From Podarcis muralis (taxonomy: Eukaryota): a stretch of 64,000 nt of DNA. The notes under the pieces are model-generated. The model was not told the origin of the DNA. It was given only the letters and a program-made list of their open reading frames with translations, and made no database searches. Shown piece after piece: positions 14,897 to 27,385 of this stretch. The translations under genes were made by a program, and so were the position numbers. The stretch is taken from positions 54,622,001 through 54,686,000 of the forward strand of contig NC_135659.1 in the NCBI RefSeq assembly GCF_964188315.1. Reading direction: 5' to 3'. Position 1 is the first letter of the stretch. Each line of letters opens with the position of its first letter.

Positions 14897-16237
14897 GTTT
14901 ACAGAGGCAGCTTCAGACAAGAGTATTTCTCATCCTAACCTGGAAATGTCAGGGTTTGAATCTAGGGTCTGTTGCAAGTTCTACCTCTGAGCTACAGGGA
15001 CATATGTTTTACCCCATTTCTTGCTGCCTATAGCAAAGACATAAAAAGAGTACTTTGCAATACAAAAAGGAATTGGTTGAGGGGTTTGGGGTTTTTTGTT
15101 CCATCATAAACATCTGCCTAAGCATTAGCTGGCAGGCCTGAATCAAATGGGGTGGTGAAAAGGAGCATATGCCCCGCGTGGCAGGTTAGCAAGGAGGAAA
15201 AACTGCTGAGTGGCTATAGAAAGTCCTTCCTCCTTGCCCACCCCAAGAAGAGGAAGGTGAGAAGCTGAAGCAGATGGGACGCAAAGGGGAGAAAGAGGTG
15301 CCTGGTGCCAGTGGCAGACTTTGGGTTTTCAAATTTCAGCAGTGCCCTGTGCCATGCTGAAATTCAGCACATGTGTGCGCACACACACACACACAGCCTC
15401 TTGCCTTCCATTCGAAGTCATTGTTTCAACACTCAGTGCAGGTGAACCAGTCATGCTCGGCTAAATCCACCTCTGCTGCCACTCAAGTCCTGCTAGGGAA
15501 GCTGAACCTGAACTTGGCCAGCAGACCAGGACAAACTCAGAATCAGAGCTTCCCAGCTTGTGTGTGTGTGTTGAGGTTCCACCATACAAAAACAGGGAAG
15601 GGGGGGAGGAGGAAAAAGAGCCTCAAGCAAACCAGCTCCTCCATCCATTGATCACTGCCTATCGGGGTCTTTGCTCACCCCCAATCCCTGCATGCCATTT
15701 CCCATGACAGAGCAACCCACCATTTCTCAGTGTTGCAAAGAGTTGGAGGAGGGCAAGATGCTGCCTTCAAGACTGTCTGGCTGAGGCTGGGGAAGCACCT
15801 GCCTGCCAAGTTGAGGTGTAGGGGGCCCCAGGCAGGCTTCCTTCTTGCTGGGGTGGGCAGCAGTACAGACTTTTGCCCCCTTTGGCAAAATTTGTAGATC
15901 CAACACTGCTAGCTAGAAGTACCGAGCAGCAGCAGCAACTGATCCTAATTACTTTAGGCAAAAAACAGGTATGAGTCTCCTGGAGCCAATAGTCAGGATC
16001 TATATCAGCATAAATTAAATAAAAATACAGCTATTCTGTTCTGCAGCTATTACTGATCCCACTGAGCAAATGAAAAGAGATGAAGGAGTTTCAGCATGCT
16101 CCGTGCTCTCAAAGATGACACTGGGAGAATTGGTCATTTCTAGAAAATGATTTTCTGGTGGGTGGGGTCTGAAAGAGCAACACTTTGATATATGAAAATG
16201 CACTTCATATGTACCCCAGGGGTGGGACATGGAATTA

Positions 16238-16479
16238 CAGTGGTACCTCAGGTTACATACGCTTCAGGTTACATATGCTTCAGGTTACAGACTCCGCTAA
16301 CCCAGAAATATTACCTTGGGTTAAGAAATTTGCTTCAGGATAAGAACAGAAATTGTGCTCCAGCGGCGCAGCAGCAGCGGGAAGCCCCATTAGCTAAAGT
16401 GGTGCTTCAGGTTGAGAACAGTTTCAGGCTAGGACTGGACCTCCGGAACGAATTAAGTACTTAACCTGAGGTACCACTG
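16238..16479. mobile_element. Tc1/mariner-type MITE, copy 3
   Basis: TA-CAGTGGTACCTCAGGTTA ... TAACCTGAGGTACCACTG-TA, perfect 18-bp TIR. Confidence 0.9.
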
Positions 16480-16918
16480 TATACATGATGACTGGAATGA
16501 AATACTAACTCATTTTTTAAATATTATTTCACAACTTACCCAAGTCCCTAACCATGGTCAGGCTTTGTCTGTTCAAGGGCCTTTCCCTTGATGCTGGGCT
16601 TTCATATTGAAAGAGGACAAACACTAAGGATGGAACCCTAATCCCATTTACATGGGAGTAAGTCCTATTGAATTCAATAGGACTTACTTCTAAATAGATA
16701 CACTGTAAGCCTTTAGCAGGCCTTTCACTTTTAGGAGATATAACAACAACAACAAAACCCACATGCGGTATTCTACCAAATTGCTCATTAAGAAGAAAAA
16801 CTGCTTCCAGGCTCCTGAGCAATAAATCCAAAAGCTTTGGGGATATTTGACAAGCTCTTGGTACTTATGCTTATTAATATTAAAATGGGAATTTCTTTAA
16901 AATGCTAATTGAATGAAT

Positions 16919-17007
16919 GCCCCAATCCTATGCACGTTTACTCAAAAGTAAGCCCCACTGAGCTCAGTGGGACTTAGTCCAAAGAAAGTGTGTGCAGCAT
17001 TACAGCT
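16919..17007. repeat. Short quasi-palindromic interspersed repeat (AATCCTATGCACGTTTACTC...AGTAAG...CCCACTGA family)
   Basis: Related copies at about 16620-16710, 61107-61262 (two in tandem) and 62149-62240. Confidence 0.55.
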
Positions 17008-20000
17008 GACATAACTTTATTTTGAATTTCTTAGACTACCTATAATTAGCTACATACTATTTTGTACCTCCTCCTCTGTCAAATGGTTGGCTACAGCCTG
17101 CCCAAAATGCCTAGGGCCAAAGCAGACCAGACGAGATGCAGAAATAGAATCCCAGTTTTATTAAACTTCAGCAAATAGCAGCTGCATGGGAGCCCAATTA
17201 TAATGTCTCAATAAGATGAATGGGCTGAAGGCTTTCCCATCCTTGCTTAACACACACACAAAATAGAGGGTGGTAGTCAACTAACTTTCACACACAGTTG
17301 AGTTCGGTCCATTATATTCAATGAGTCTTTTAGCAGGGAATTTTCCTAATGTTGTCTGACCCCACCCCCATCAGTCACTCCCAAGGCTCTGGACTCTGGT
17401 CCTGGATAAGTTGAGAACTAACATTTAAAGCCTGAAGCCACATTTAATTTCAATCATCACATATCACTCCATGTTCTACCAACCAGGGATGCATAATAAC
17501 TGGCTTTTCAGGAGTTGCTCTTTCGAAACCTAGGCAGCAAACCTGATGCCAATCTCCAGTTTGTCCGAAATGCATCACTTCTAAGGCAGAACTAATTTTG
17601 CTGATATTCTGAAAACCTTCATCGACACTCTACCCTTGAATACATTTATTATTCCTTCCTTCTCTCTCCCCCAGAACACTGCACATTAAAACCAGAAACA
17701 CTGCTCCAGTGAGGGCTGCAGGAGATTATACATTTAAATAAAACATGCACAGAATTAATAATAAAAGTTAAAAATAGAGAAATTAGTCAGCTTGAGTTTG
17801 GCGCTTTTTGAACCTGGCACTTTCTGTTGCTATGCAGGGCAACAGAAAAGGGTGCTGGATTCAGAGAGCGCCCAATTCAAGCAGAGGCTGGGAAGCAAGA
17901 ATCAGGAGCACCCATAAGAGAGCACTTTTGAGTCTCCTTTTTCAAGCTGGCACCTCAACTTTACTTGTGCAGCACCTCAAATCATATGATGCCAGGTGAT
18001 TAACTGGCTGACGTGTTTTTCCCCTAAATGGCCTGGTGGGCATAATTAGGCCCATGAGCCAGAGATCTCCCACTGCTGCTGCAAACTCTTCAGCACCACG
18101 ATTCCATTCTATGAGAAGGGAGGCAGAAAGCACCACCCACACGCCAGCCTCTGAATTCATGAGTGGCAACTAACTGTCACAAGCCCCCACCTTGCTTGCT
18201 CCATCTTTACTCTGGACACCCAGAGGTGTTTTAGCTCACCCCGGGGTGATTTTCCCCCTCAGTCACAAGAGCTGCCTGAAACTGGATTCCAGAAAGGGTT
18301 GTGTTATATACAAGTCTAGACAAGTTTGTGTTTGTGAGGTCTCTTTTCATGGCTGTGCTACATATGCAATGTACTAGTGCGATAAACTGCGTCAAGGTAT
18401 GATACATTAAAATGGTAGCAGTGGGCCTCCTGGAAAGATGAGCAAATGAACAAAGTGAAATAAGCCCCACTGCATCTCGGGGAGGAGGGATGTTTTGTTG
18501 TGTTGCCTTTGGCCGAGTGGGTCATTCAGCTTACTCTTCGTGTAATTGGTTGAGCAAGACTAACTTAAATCCTTTCACAAAGTCTACTCTTGAGTATGAC
18601 TAGAGCCAACCTTCAGTTAAAAGGCAGTTGATTAATCAACTAAACATTATTTAATTGGCTGACAGGCCTAAAGAAGTGTTATTGCCAGGTTCATCTCTAA
18701 CCGTTTGGCCGTGAGAATAATCCTCCTGCTGGAGCAAGTTCCACCAACACCTATGAGATTGACTTCCAGCAGGGATGGGCCACGCGGCATTTTTGAATGC
18801 ATAATCAGCATTCATTCCCTGAGATTCATGCTTGTGAAGAGATGGGGAAGTGCAAAGAACACCTCGGCTTGCCTCCTATAAATATATCATTCAGCCATTT
18901 CACATAGTTGAAGTCACGTGCTTCTCACTCTACCAAAATCTGAAGGAGAAAGAATTGGGGAGAACATTCATCCTCCTCACCTCCAATAAGCACTTAAGAA
19001 CAGAGGCCTATGCCTCCCTTGGACCCCGAGGGAACTGTTGGAGGGTAGGTTTGCTGCTCCTGGTGTTATTTGGGGGAATCAGCCACCTATGGGGTGCTCA
19101 CTTTGCTAATAGGTGGCTCAATAATGGTAACTTCAAATTGCCTGCTTTAGTTTCTTCTCAAGTTCCTTTTCAAGAGTTCCAAAGTAATCAATTTTGTTTG
19201 TATTGTTTAAGTCTTGGGAGCTGCAGGCACAAACAATTATGCACAGCACTGCACCCCCAATAGAACACCATTGTTGCTACATTTTGGCACAGACAAAGGC
19301 TACAATAAAAACATCAAAATGGTATTTCTTGGTCACTTTGAAGAAGGGATTAGAATGAAGAAGAGCCCTACCCACGGCTACGATAGCCGAAATGGAATTC
19401 CTAAGTCCAGAGACCATATGCCACAGAATACGAGTTGCTGAGGGACAATAAGTTGTGAGGGCTCTTGCCTTCAAGTCTTGCTGGTTGGTTTCCAGAAGGC
19501 ATTTGTTTGGTCCCTCAGGGAAAACAGGATGATGGCATTAGATAAATGTTTGGTTTGATCCATAAGGCCACCTTTGTTCTTAACAGAGAAAGAACTGTCA
19601 AGGGTGGAGCTCAGACATATAGTTACACCCACAGCATACATGCAGTACAAGAAGCCATACAAAAATGGAATGAAAGTGCATTCTGGCTGTTGTACCAGCT
19701 TTTTGCAGGTGCAATTTTGGGTGTAACAAGATACAAAAAACAAACAAAAAACCCCCAGAGATAAACCAGTAACAAAATTGCAAGAGAGAAATTGTACTTT
19801 TACAGTTAAATTCAGAAAGCCTTGACATTCCCAGATCTTTAAAAAGCACACACAACACACAAATGCAAGTATATGGCAAGCGTGGTGAACTACCTCACCC
19901 ATTTCAGCCAATGGAATGTAACAATGGTCTGCACAATGACCAGAGATTAAAAAGTATTAATACCCATGCACCTGGCAGCTATTTACGTGCAATTTTCCTC

Positions 20001-21128
20001 TGCTTTGTTTCATTGCCTTTGATTTTTGTTTCCATTGTCTATACTGTTCATATCAGTTTTCATTAAGGAAAAACAGGCATGCACAGGAGAAATTAAAGTC
20101 ACTCTTTGTTGACATACTAGAAAGTTACTGCGATCTGACTCGCAGGCAACCTGCCATGTTACATAGGGGGGGGGGGGAGCAAACACAGTCAGTTTCCCAA
20201 GGTAGATTTCAGTCAGCGGTCAATGGGGGTGGGTGCAGGAAAGGGAGTATACTACAGTGCCAGAAGGTTGGACAGCACTGATCCTCCAGACAAACACTCT
20301 TCTTCAGGTTTGTGAGATGTGTCTTTATCGTTACTCTTTAGTTAAAGAGAAATGAAGGTGGTGGTGGTGCTAGAAGTCCCTAAGGGACAGTTTAGAACTA
20401 GTTAGAACAGATCTGGTTTGATAGCTACTAAAATAATAATCCTGTGGTATCTTAAAGACTAAAACTGATCAAAGTGTAAGCCTATGGCACGCCAAGTGTG
20501 TTCATCCCATAAATGTACCTTTTTTTGCTACAACAGAGGCTACCCTCTGGAATGGGTCACTAAGAGGCACCAACAACAAAAAGAGCACCATGTCCAGCAT
20601 ATAGGAAACATGGAGGATAATGATCCAACAATGAAAATCACTACCCACTACAGTACTGCCCTGGCTTCAGTCTGTTCCAGGAAAACTAGAGATTTCCTCC
20701 ACCTTCCCTGGTGGTGGCTTGAAGTTAGCCTTTCCAGCCCCCATTTAAACATTCCCACCAACGGCCTGCCAGCCCTCCAAGTAGGTTTTGCTCACAGCAA
20801 GCTGTTGTTAGCATACTGGCTAGGTAGTGTACTGGCCCCCACAAGACCCCCTAGGCGAAAAGCAGCCAAGTGCACTTCTGAGGTGTGCCTGCCTTGCTCC
20901 AACCCTTCCTGGGGCTACAGCATTCATTGATGCCGAAGAAACAATGCTCTTCTAGCGTGCCTTTTGCTCCACAAGCATCGCAGACTACTTTGGCGTCGAG
21001 TTTTATTCTAGTCAACACAATTTGATTTGGCTGAAGCCAAGTCTTTTTCCTAAGGCGTTTCAAATTTAGACACACACCCCCTCCTCTGCTCCAGGACATG
21101 AAAGCCCCCTGCTCTTCCCCGCCGGTAC

Positions 21129-21305
21129 CTCTTTGCAGGCGTGCAGCTCCTCTCCCGGAGTAGCGGCGCCTGCCCAAAGCAGCAACAGCAGAGAAAGCAG
21201 CAGAAGCGGCAGGCGCCTCCGCCCGAGCTCGGCACCAGGGAGGCACCGCCAGCACCCAGCTGTATCCGGCCGAGGAGGATGGACACCGCCAGCGGCCCCA
21301 GCCAT
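21129..21305 (-). CDS. ELAPOR1: ELAPOR1 (KIAA1324/EIG121) coding exon 1, signal-peptide exon; remaining exons lie left of the window
   Basis: ATG in ccacgATGG context. MAGAAGG...RRLPLLLLSLLLLLWAGAATPGEELHACKE ends exactly at GAG|GTACCG (phase 0) and matches the human ...LLLWAGT...GPELHACKE exon-1 end. Synteny with CFAP276 supports the call. Confidence 0.93.
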
Positions 21306-21482
21306 CGTGGCGCAGAAGCGGCACCGAGCAGCTTCCCCGCGCGTCTGGATGAGGCGGCCACCGACTCACAGGTGCAGCGGCGGCGGCGGTGGCAAGAGCA
21401 GCAGCAACAGCAAGCAGCGCTCTCAGGCGGAGATGGGATGCGGGAGCCCCGCCCCCTGCCCGCCTCGCGCCGCCCACACCTC

Positions 21483-21495
21483 GCTGCCTAGCAAC
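21483..21495 (+). promoter_or_regulatory. RFX X-box-like motif near ELAPOR1 5' end
   Basis: GCTGCCTAGCAAC, one mismatch from GTTGCCTAGCAAC. Confidence 0.5.
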
Positions 21496-21983
21496 CGCAG
21501 CTGCCTCCGCCGCGCCGGCCTCCGGCTCCCGCGCACCTGAGGCGGCTTGAAAGATGCGCCCGGGGGACAGAGGCCGTTTGCTGCTGGCGCGCGCGTCTTT
21601 CGAAGGGCGCGCTCGCCTCTTGGCGCGCTCGCCGCCGGCGCGTGACAGGCCGCGCGACCATAACAAAACAAAAGCCCGCCTAATTTTGAACAATAGGAAA
21701 CGGCGTAGCCGGAGGGAAAGAGGTTCAAGGGTTAGGGTGCAAGCCTAACGTCGTTGGCCCCCTGGGAGTCAGCCGCGCTGGATTCAGCAGGAGTTGCTTC
21801 TGAGTAGACGAGGGTTAGGCTCGCTCTGGGAACGACTAGGCCGCACCACCTGCTCAAACCACTCCAGGGGGCGAACAGCTTGAATTTGGGCGGGGGGCGA
21901 TTAAGCCCCACCCCACATAATCGATCACATGGCATACACACTATTTGAATGACGACGCACATCAACTCTGCGGGGACCGTTCC

Positions 21984-22444
21984 CAGTGCCGGATTTGCGT
22001 ATAAGCCAAATAAGATATAGTTTAGGGCCCCACTCTCTTGGGAGGGGGGAAATATTTAAAGGGGGGATAACTGGATGTACATTTCCAAAATATAGGATGA
22101 AAAACATTAAATAAGACCTACATACAGCAAGTGTTTCGCGTTGTGTAGGCTTCAATGATGCAAGCAATGGGCCTCCAATCATTTTAAGCTAGAGCTTAAT
22201 AATTATTTCACTATTCATATACAGTACTTCTTAAATGTGTTTCAGTTCAACAATTGCTTTGATTAAATACATATTTTATGTGCAAATGGCTTTAGATACC
22301 TATTAGGTCCATAAATTACCATATAGCATATATTCAACACCAAAAAACAGCAACAATTTGTTGTTGACAAAGGACAGCTGGACATATAAAGGGCCCCATT
22401 ACCTTCAGTAGCTTTGGGCCTCATCAAACCTAAATCTGGCCCTG
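21984..22444. mobile_element. hAT-like non-autonomous DNA element inside the head-to-head promoter interval
   Basis: Imperfect TIRs CAGTGCCGGATTT / AAATCTGGCCCTG, subterminal GGGCCCC motifs at both ends, and an AT-rich interior. No TSD found. Confidence 0.55.
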
Positions 22445-22924
22445 TTCAGCCCCCTCAAATATCTCATTGGATAGGCCGAAGGAACCTCGGGGCCGCCCCG
22501 TGGGAACTATTTGCTGTGAATCACTCGCAAAACACTTCCGCTCTTTAGGCTTAAAAGGACCTGGAATATTATGTTTGTTGTGACAGCTCAGATTTTTCCT
22601 CTTCTTCTGTTTTAACGGGCCTCCCAACCACATTTACAGAACGACTATGCCCACTGATGTGGTTGGTGTAAATGGGGTGCTTTCGGTGTGGGAAGCTTAG
22701 AACTGGGTACCGATCTATTTGCAGCGCAGATGTTTCATGATCTTTTCCTGGTTGGTGGTTTATTCGAGAGCACCACAGAACAGCAACAAACCACCGAAAG
22801 CCAGTTTCAAACAGCAGCGAAACTGAACATTGAAAGACGGGGAGGGGGATTTTGTTTTAAAAATCAGTTTTTCTCTGGAAAGCAGCAAGGAAGAAGCCTG
22901 ACCACTCTGCATTGGAAAAGTATT

Positions 22925-23007
22925 TCATTTTTATTTATTTTTAATAAATCATTTTTATTGGGTTTTACAAATACAAAGTACAAATAAACACAAATTAGGG
23001 GGGGAAA
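22925..23007 (-). mobile_element. Probable L1 3' tail fragment
   Basis: Minus strand reads CCCCCCTAATTTGTGTTTATTTGTACTTTGTATTTGTAAAACCCAATAAAAATGATTTATTAAAAATAAATAAAAATGAAA. Confidence 0.35.
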
Positions 23008-23751
23008 CGTATCTATATTGGAAGAGTATTTCCCATGCAGCTGCTATTTGCCACCAGCGAGGAGGTCCTGTCTCTTGGGTCTCACCAAAAGCCCGTCTTT
23101 TCTAACTCGCCATGCTATTGCACGGCCGCGTGCATCTGTTGCACGAGCGTGCTGCTCGGAATGGCGCGTGTCTTTGCACCAGGCCCTCCCTGATGTCTCT
23201 TCCTTTCTTTTCCCGGGAGGTAGGCGGCCGGGATGTTGTTTTAAATGTTCCTTCCCGCTTTTAGCATACCCACGCGGCTGTTATAAACCGGTTTTCCTCG
23301 CAAACGTTATTAACAGGGAACCCACATGCAAGTCTTTAAATAGGAAAACTACATGTGCAATTAAGAGCGAGATTAACTATTCAGTGCACTTGAACTACCA
23401 GCTATATAAAATCCTAAAAAAACCCAAACCTATTTTTGTAAATAAAATAATAATCCGCCAACGTCTTTTATTTCTGGGGATCGCGGCGTCAAGTCTGGAG
23501 CATCTTCTCTCCTCCCCGCCCCCGCCTCTCCAGATCTCTGTGTTGACTAGTCAGCTAATTACACGTCGCTCTCTCAGAAGACCAATAGCCTTGCGCCCTC
23601 CCATTTGCACCGTCCTCCTTTCCTGCTGCTGTTTATCCCTCCGGGAAAATTCTGACGTTTCCTTCCCTGTGCCGCTTTTTGTGCTACTATTCCCAGCCAT
23701 TAGAGGGCGCCTTAGAGAATGTGCTGCGGGCTCTAAAAGCCCGGGAAGACG

Positions 23752-23764
23752 GTCGCTTAGCAAC
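23752..23764 (+). promoter_or_regulatory. RFX X-box upstream of ciliary gene CFAP276
   Basis: GTCGCTTAGCAAC about 93 bp upstream of the ATG. X-boxes are established promoter elements of ciliary genes. Confidence 0.65.
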
Positions 23765-23856
23765 CGCCGCCGGTTCCTAAACAAACCTGACACGCGGCGA
23801 GAGGGAACCCGCGATCTGCTTTTGCTGCCGCCACTGGATCGCCCATCCTCTGGAGC

Positions 23857-23937
23857 ATGCCAACCACCAGGGACCCCTTTCCATTCCCACACTATGAAAA
23901 TGAAGAGACCTGCACGGGCAGCAACAGATGTACCCAG
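23857..23937 (+). CDS. CFAP276: CFAP276 (C1orf194) coding exon 1
   Basis: MPTTRDPFPFPHYENEETCTGSNRCTQ, then CAG|GTAAGA. The human protein starts MPPTRDPF. This frame is not in the ORF track. Confidence 0.9.
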
Positions 23938-25429
23938 GTAAGAGGGCCACCTATTAAGAATGCCCTCACCCATTTAAAAACATTTTAAAATGCACCCCTT
24001 TACATTTATATTAACAAAGCGCCTAAAGTCATCCTCATGCCACTGAACCTCTTTGGCATTATTGCAACTCTTGCTTCAACCTGACCTCATTGCTCTACTG
24101 TCAGGTGGTAAACGTTATTTGATTGTATTTTTTTTATCCTGCTTTTCAGACAAATATTGCCACCTAAAGAAGCTCAGGTCAATTGTTTGTTTCATTTTTC
24201 AGTAGATTTTATAAGTCTCAAAACAGTTTGACAATAAAACTATTTAAAAGCAGAGGAAAAAACACTAGCAGAGAAGTCTGAACCTGGCAACTAACAGATT
24301 TTATTGCTTTGTTTTTTTGTAAATTGCTTTGAGGTTTTTTACGATCAAGCAGTGTACTAATTTTATGTAACAAACAAATAAATAAAAACTGACGAAAATG
24401 GTAACAGGCATCTCTCCCTAGCAACAGCATTCCATAGACAAGAACACAATGGAAAAGGCCTTTTGTTGTGTTTGATTTTTTTTAAAAGAGACACAAGACT
24501 CAGGCTTACAAACCAAAAAAAAAAAAGGGGGGGGAGATACACAATAGTTTCAAACCAGGCATTTATACGCACATTTGGGCCAGGCCATTCTTCACTTGTG
24601 GTGTTTTTCACAGAAATGCAAAGGAAGGATGCAAAAAGAGCCCATTTATGCTGAAGTTTAACCAAACTATTAACCTGGATTAAAGGGGTTTTGAATGGGA
24701 GGAATGTTATAGTCCTGCTTAACTTTCACTGGGTAGAGGAAACGTCTTATAAAAAATAAAGATTGATTAAAAGGAAACAGAGGGAAAGACAAAGCAAGAG
24801 GGTTAGATATCTTCAGAACACTTGGGAAAGGGGGAGGAAGGGTTATCCAAAACGACAGTAATAGAAGCTGAGCTAGTACATATACTGCAGATCAGGAAAG
24901 ACGTCACAAAATCCAAAATAAGGCCAGAGTGATTAGCAAATGAGAACAAAAACAAAAAAGACAATTTTTTGCAAAACAAATGCAAGCAGACAATGCAAAA
25001 GTAAGGCATTGAGGAGCTAATCACGAAAACCATTAGGACTAACAATAATAAAATGCTTTCAATACACCAGAATCTGGAAAGCAACTAGAGAAGACCCCCG
25101 GGTTTACAGATTTAACTGGCCCTTGGACCTCTCCTCAAGCCACTCCCCTCTCATGGGTCACCCCCTTACTTGGCTCCCTGAGCATTTTCCCCTGATTGCA
25201 GTTTGTCCTGGAACTCTGATAATGCCACTTCCTTGCTTGCATGTGCAAACCAGCCTATCGTAGAAAGGTAAAATGTGCACGTTGCTTTGCCTACTTTTGT
25301 CTCTGCCTCCAGCCACCATTGGCATATGGCCCTCAGAAGGTTGCAGAGAAGGGAATGTGTCCCTTGGGCTAAGAAAGAAGCTTTCCTACTCCTGCCAAGG
25401 AATATTTGTCCTGGTTTACTGGCCGCACT

Positions 25430-25941
25430 TAAAGCATCTTAAAAAGTAGAGACATCACCTTGCCAACAAAGGTCCGTATAGTAAAAGCTATGGTTTTCCC
25501 AGTAGTGATGTATGGAAGTGAGAGCTGGACCACAAAGAAGGCTGATTGCCGAAGAATTGATGCTTTTGAATTATGGTGCTGGAGGAGACTCTTGAGAGTC
25601 CCATGGACTGCAAGAAGATCAAACCTATCCATTCTTAAGGAAATCAGCCCTGAGTGCTCACTGGAAGGACAAATCGTGAAGCTGAGGCTTCGTGAATACT
25701 TTGGCCACCTCATGAGAAGAGAAGACTCCCTGGAAAAGACCCTGATGTTGGGAAAGATGGAGGGCACAAGGAGAAGGGGACGACAGAGGACAAGATGGTT
25801 GGACAGTGTTCTCGAAGCTACCAGCATGAGTTTGACCAAACTGCGGGAGGCAGTGGAAGACAGGAGTGCCTGGCGTGCTCTGGTCCATGGGGTCACAAAG
25901 AGTCAGACACGACTAAACGACTAAACAACAACAACAACAAC
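25430..25941 (+). mobile_element. BovB (RTE) LINE, 5'-truncated 3' end
   Basis: Open frame ...TLPTKVRIVKAMVFPVVMYGSESWT...FGHLMRREDSLEKTLMLGKMEG...HGVTKSQTRLND* is the BovB RT C-terminus. (CAA)n tail; TSD ACTGGCC(G/A)CACT at 25418-25429 and 25942-25953. Confidence 0.95.
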
Positions 25942-26942
25942 ACTGGCCACACTAAGCCAATCTTTGTCTTTGCACAAAAATGCAGGCTCCCAGAGAGGAG
26001 CCTGCAGCCACTTTCTTCTTCCACACTCTTTATTTGCTGCAAAATAAAAAAGGGGGCTGGGAGAAGTGACCCAATGACGCAGGCAGCACTTTCCTTCTTC
26101 TCCACTGTCACTCACCAGGAAATCTATTTTCATGTGGTCATAAATCTACCTCTCTGCACCCTCAGATTAGGATGCACATTACTGGTAGTCCTGGGAACAT
26201 CTAAAAGAACCCCTCTGACCCACCTATTCCACAAATCTACCTTAACCTCAGTTGCGTTTGACCAGCTAGCTCCAGGTGTGAATCAGCAGTGACTTGTATG
26301 TTCCTGGTCAGATTGACTGGAGGGCACATCAACATAAGGAAGCAGCTGACTTTTGAGTGCCAGGTGGCACTTTGGAAGACAGAAGGCAATACTGGAAGAT
26401 GTTGTCACAATGCACTACCCTCAGTTAAGAATGCACATTATCAATACATTCCTTTTCCGGGAAGATAAAGGACTCCATCCATTCCCTTCCAACAACTTGG
26501 GTGAGGGAGCACAGAGAAGCTCCCTACCCCACACATTATGCTCTTTCCAATAATGGAAGAAAGTGTAAGTACATTGCAAGGACAATTGTGGGAACAGAGA
26601 GAATACCAAATTTTACCAAAGGACAGTTCTAAAATCTCAAAGTGCCCCAATATATTTTGGGACTGCTGAAGCCACTAATTTTACACAAGTGCACTTTATG
26701 AAAAAGTACTTTTAAGAGTAACTTGGAGACTCTAGACGATAAGACTACTAGTCTCTACAAATAAATGTGGCCTCAGCAATATATAATTGCCCCTCACTTA
26801 AAACACTTCTCGCCTTTCTCTTTAAACCAGAGACTGCTTCCTGGTGGCCTGCACACAGCAGCAAATCCACAGCACGTGGTCCATCTGCTGCAACCTGTTG
26901 CCATGTCAAGGCTGTCTTGCCAGGCTTCGCTCACTCCTTTTG

Positions 26943-27385
26943 GGGAAGAACAGTAGCTCAGTGGTAGAGATTCTACTGTGATTGATTGACGGAATTTCTA
27001 TACCACTTAATATATTAAAAATATTTCTACCGCTTAGTATATTAAAATATATCTAAGTGGTGTACAAAGGATGGCTGGCTAGCATCCATTGCCACAGCTG
27101 TGTCCCCTTCAGCTGCATTCTCCACCCCCAGTTCCAGGTACAGTAGGTTTGTCGAGTTTCCCAGGGTGAGAATGGAAAAAGCCCCCCCCCCCCCGTTGTT
27201 CCTTCACCCTCTTGCTCTGTCCTACTCCTCCAGCCGCTTTGCATGCAGAGGGTCCCAGGTTTAATTTCCAGACAGAGACACAGACCTCTGCCTAAAACAC
27301 TGAAGACCCTCTGCCAGTCCATGTAGGCAATGCTAAGCTAAATGGACGGAGGGTCTAATTTAATATAATGTAGCTTCCTGTGTTC
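26943..27385 (+). mobile_element. tRNA-derived SINE split by a ~260-bp insert
   Basis: Head GGGGAAGAACAGTAGCTCAGTGGTAGAG (26943-26970). The body resumes GCTTTGCATGCAGAGGGTCCCAGGTTT at 27236. An uninterrupted relative lies at 52044-52236. Confidence 0.55.

Larger units (their letters stand above)
21100..21800. promoter_or_regulatory. CpG island / ELAPOR1 promoter and exon 1
   Basis: Visibly dense CpG and GC content with repeated GCGCGC motifs, against an AT-rich background. Confidence 0.85.

Noticed and set aside
398-19420. About 11 CATATG E-boxes (MIST1-type) in ELAPOR1 intron 1
   Set aside because: ELAPOR1 is a reported MIST1 target, but the count is not clearly above chance for an AT-rich hexamer in 21 kb and the sites are not clustered.
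1-21128. ELAPOR1 exon 2 (expected SEYHYEYTACDS...WRVAVP) or any other coding exon in the left 21 kb
   Set aside because: A manual scan found no match on the minus strand. ORFs here are short, composition-driven or TE-derived. Treated as intron 1 (>21 kb).
20851-21693. 280-aa and other overlapping ORFs in the ELAPOR1 CpG island
   Set aside because: GC-rich stop-codon depletion with Ala/Arg/Gly/Pro bias. Only the 21305-21129 frame has homology and a splice donor.
23018-23941. 307-aa plus-strand ORF
   Set aside because: Non-ATG start, no recognisable domain, and it overlaps the real CFAP276 exon 1 in a different frame.
25429-25896. 155-aa minus-strand ORF
   Set aside because: Antisense shadow of the BovB reverse-transcriptase frame.
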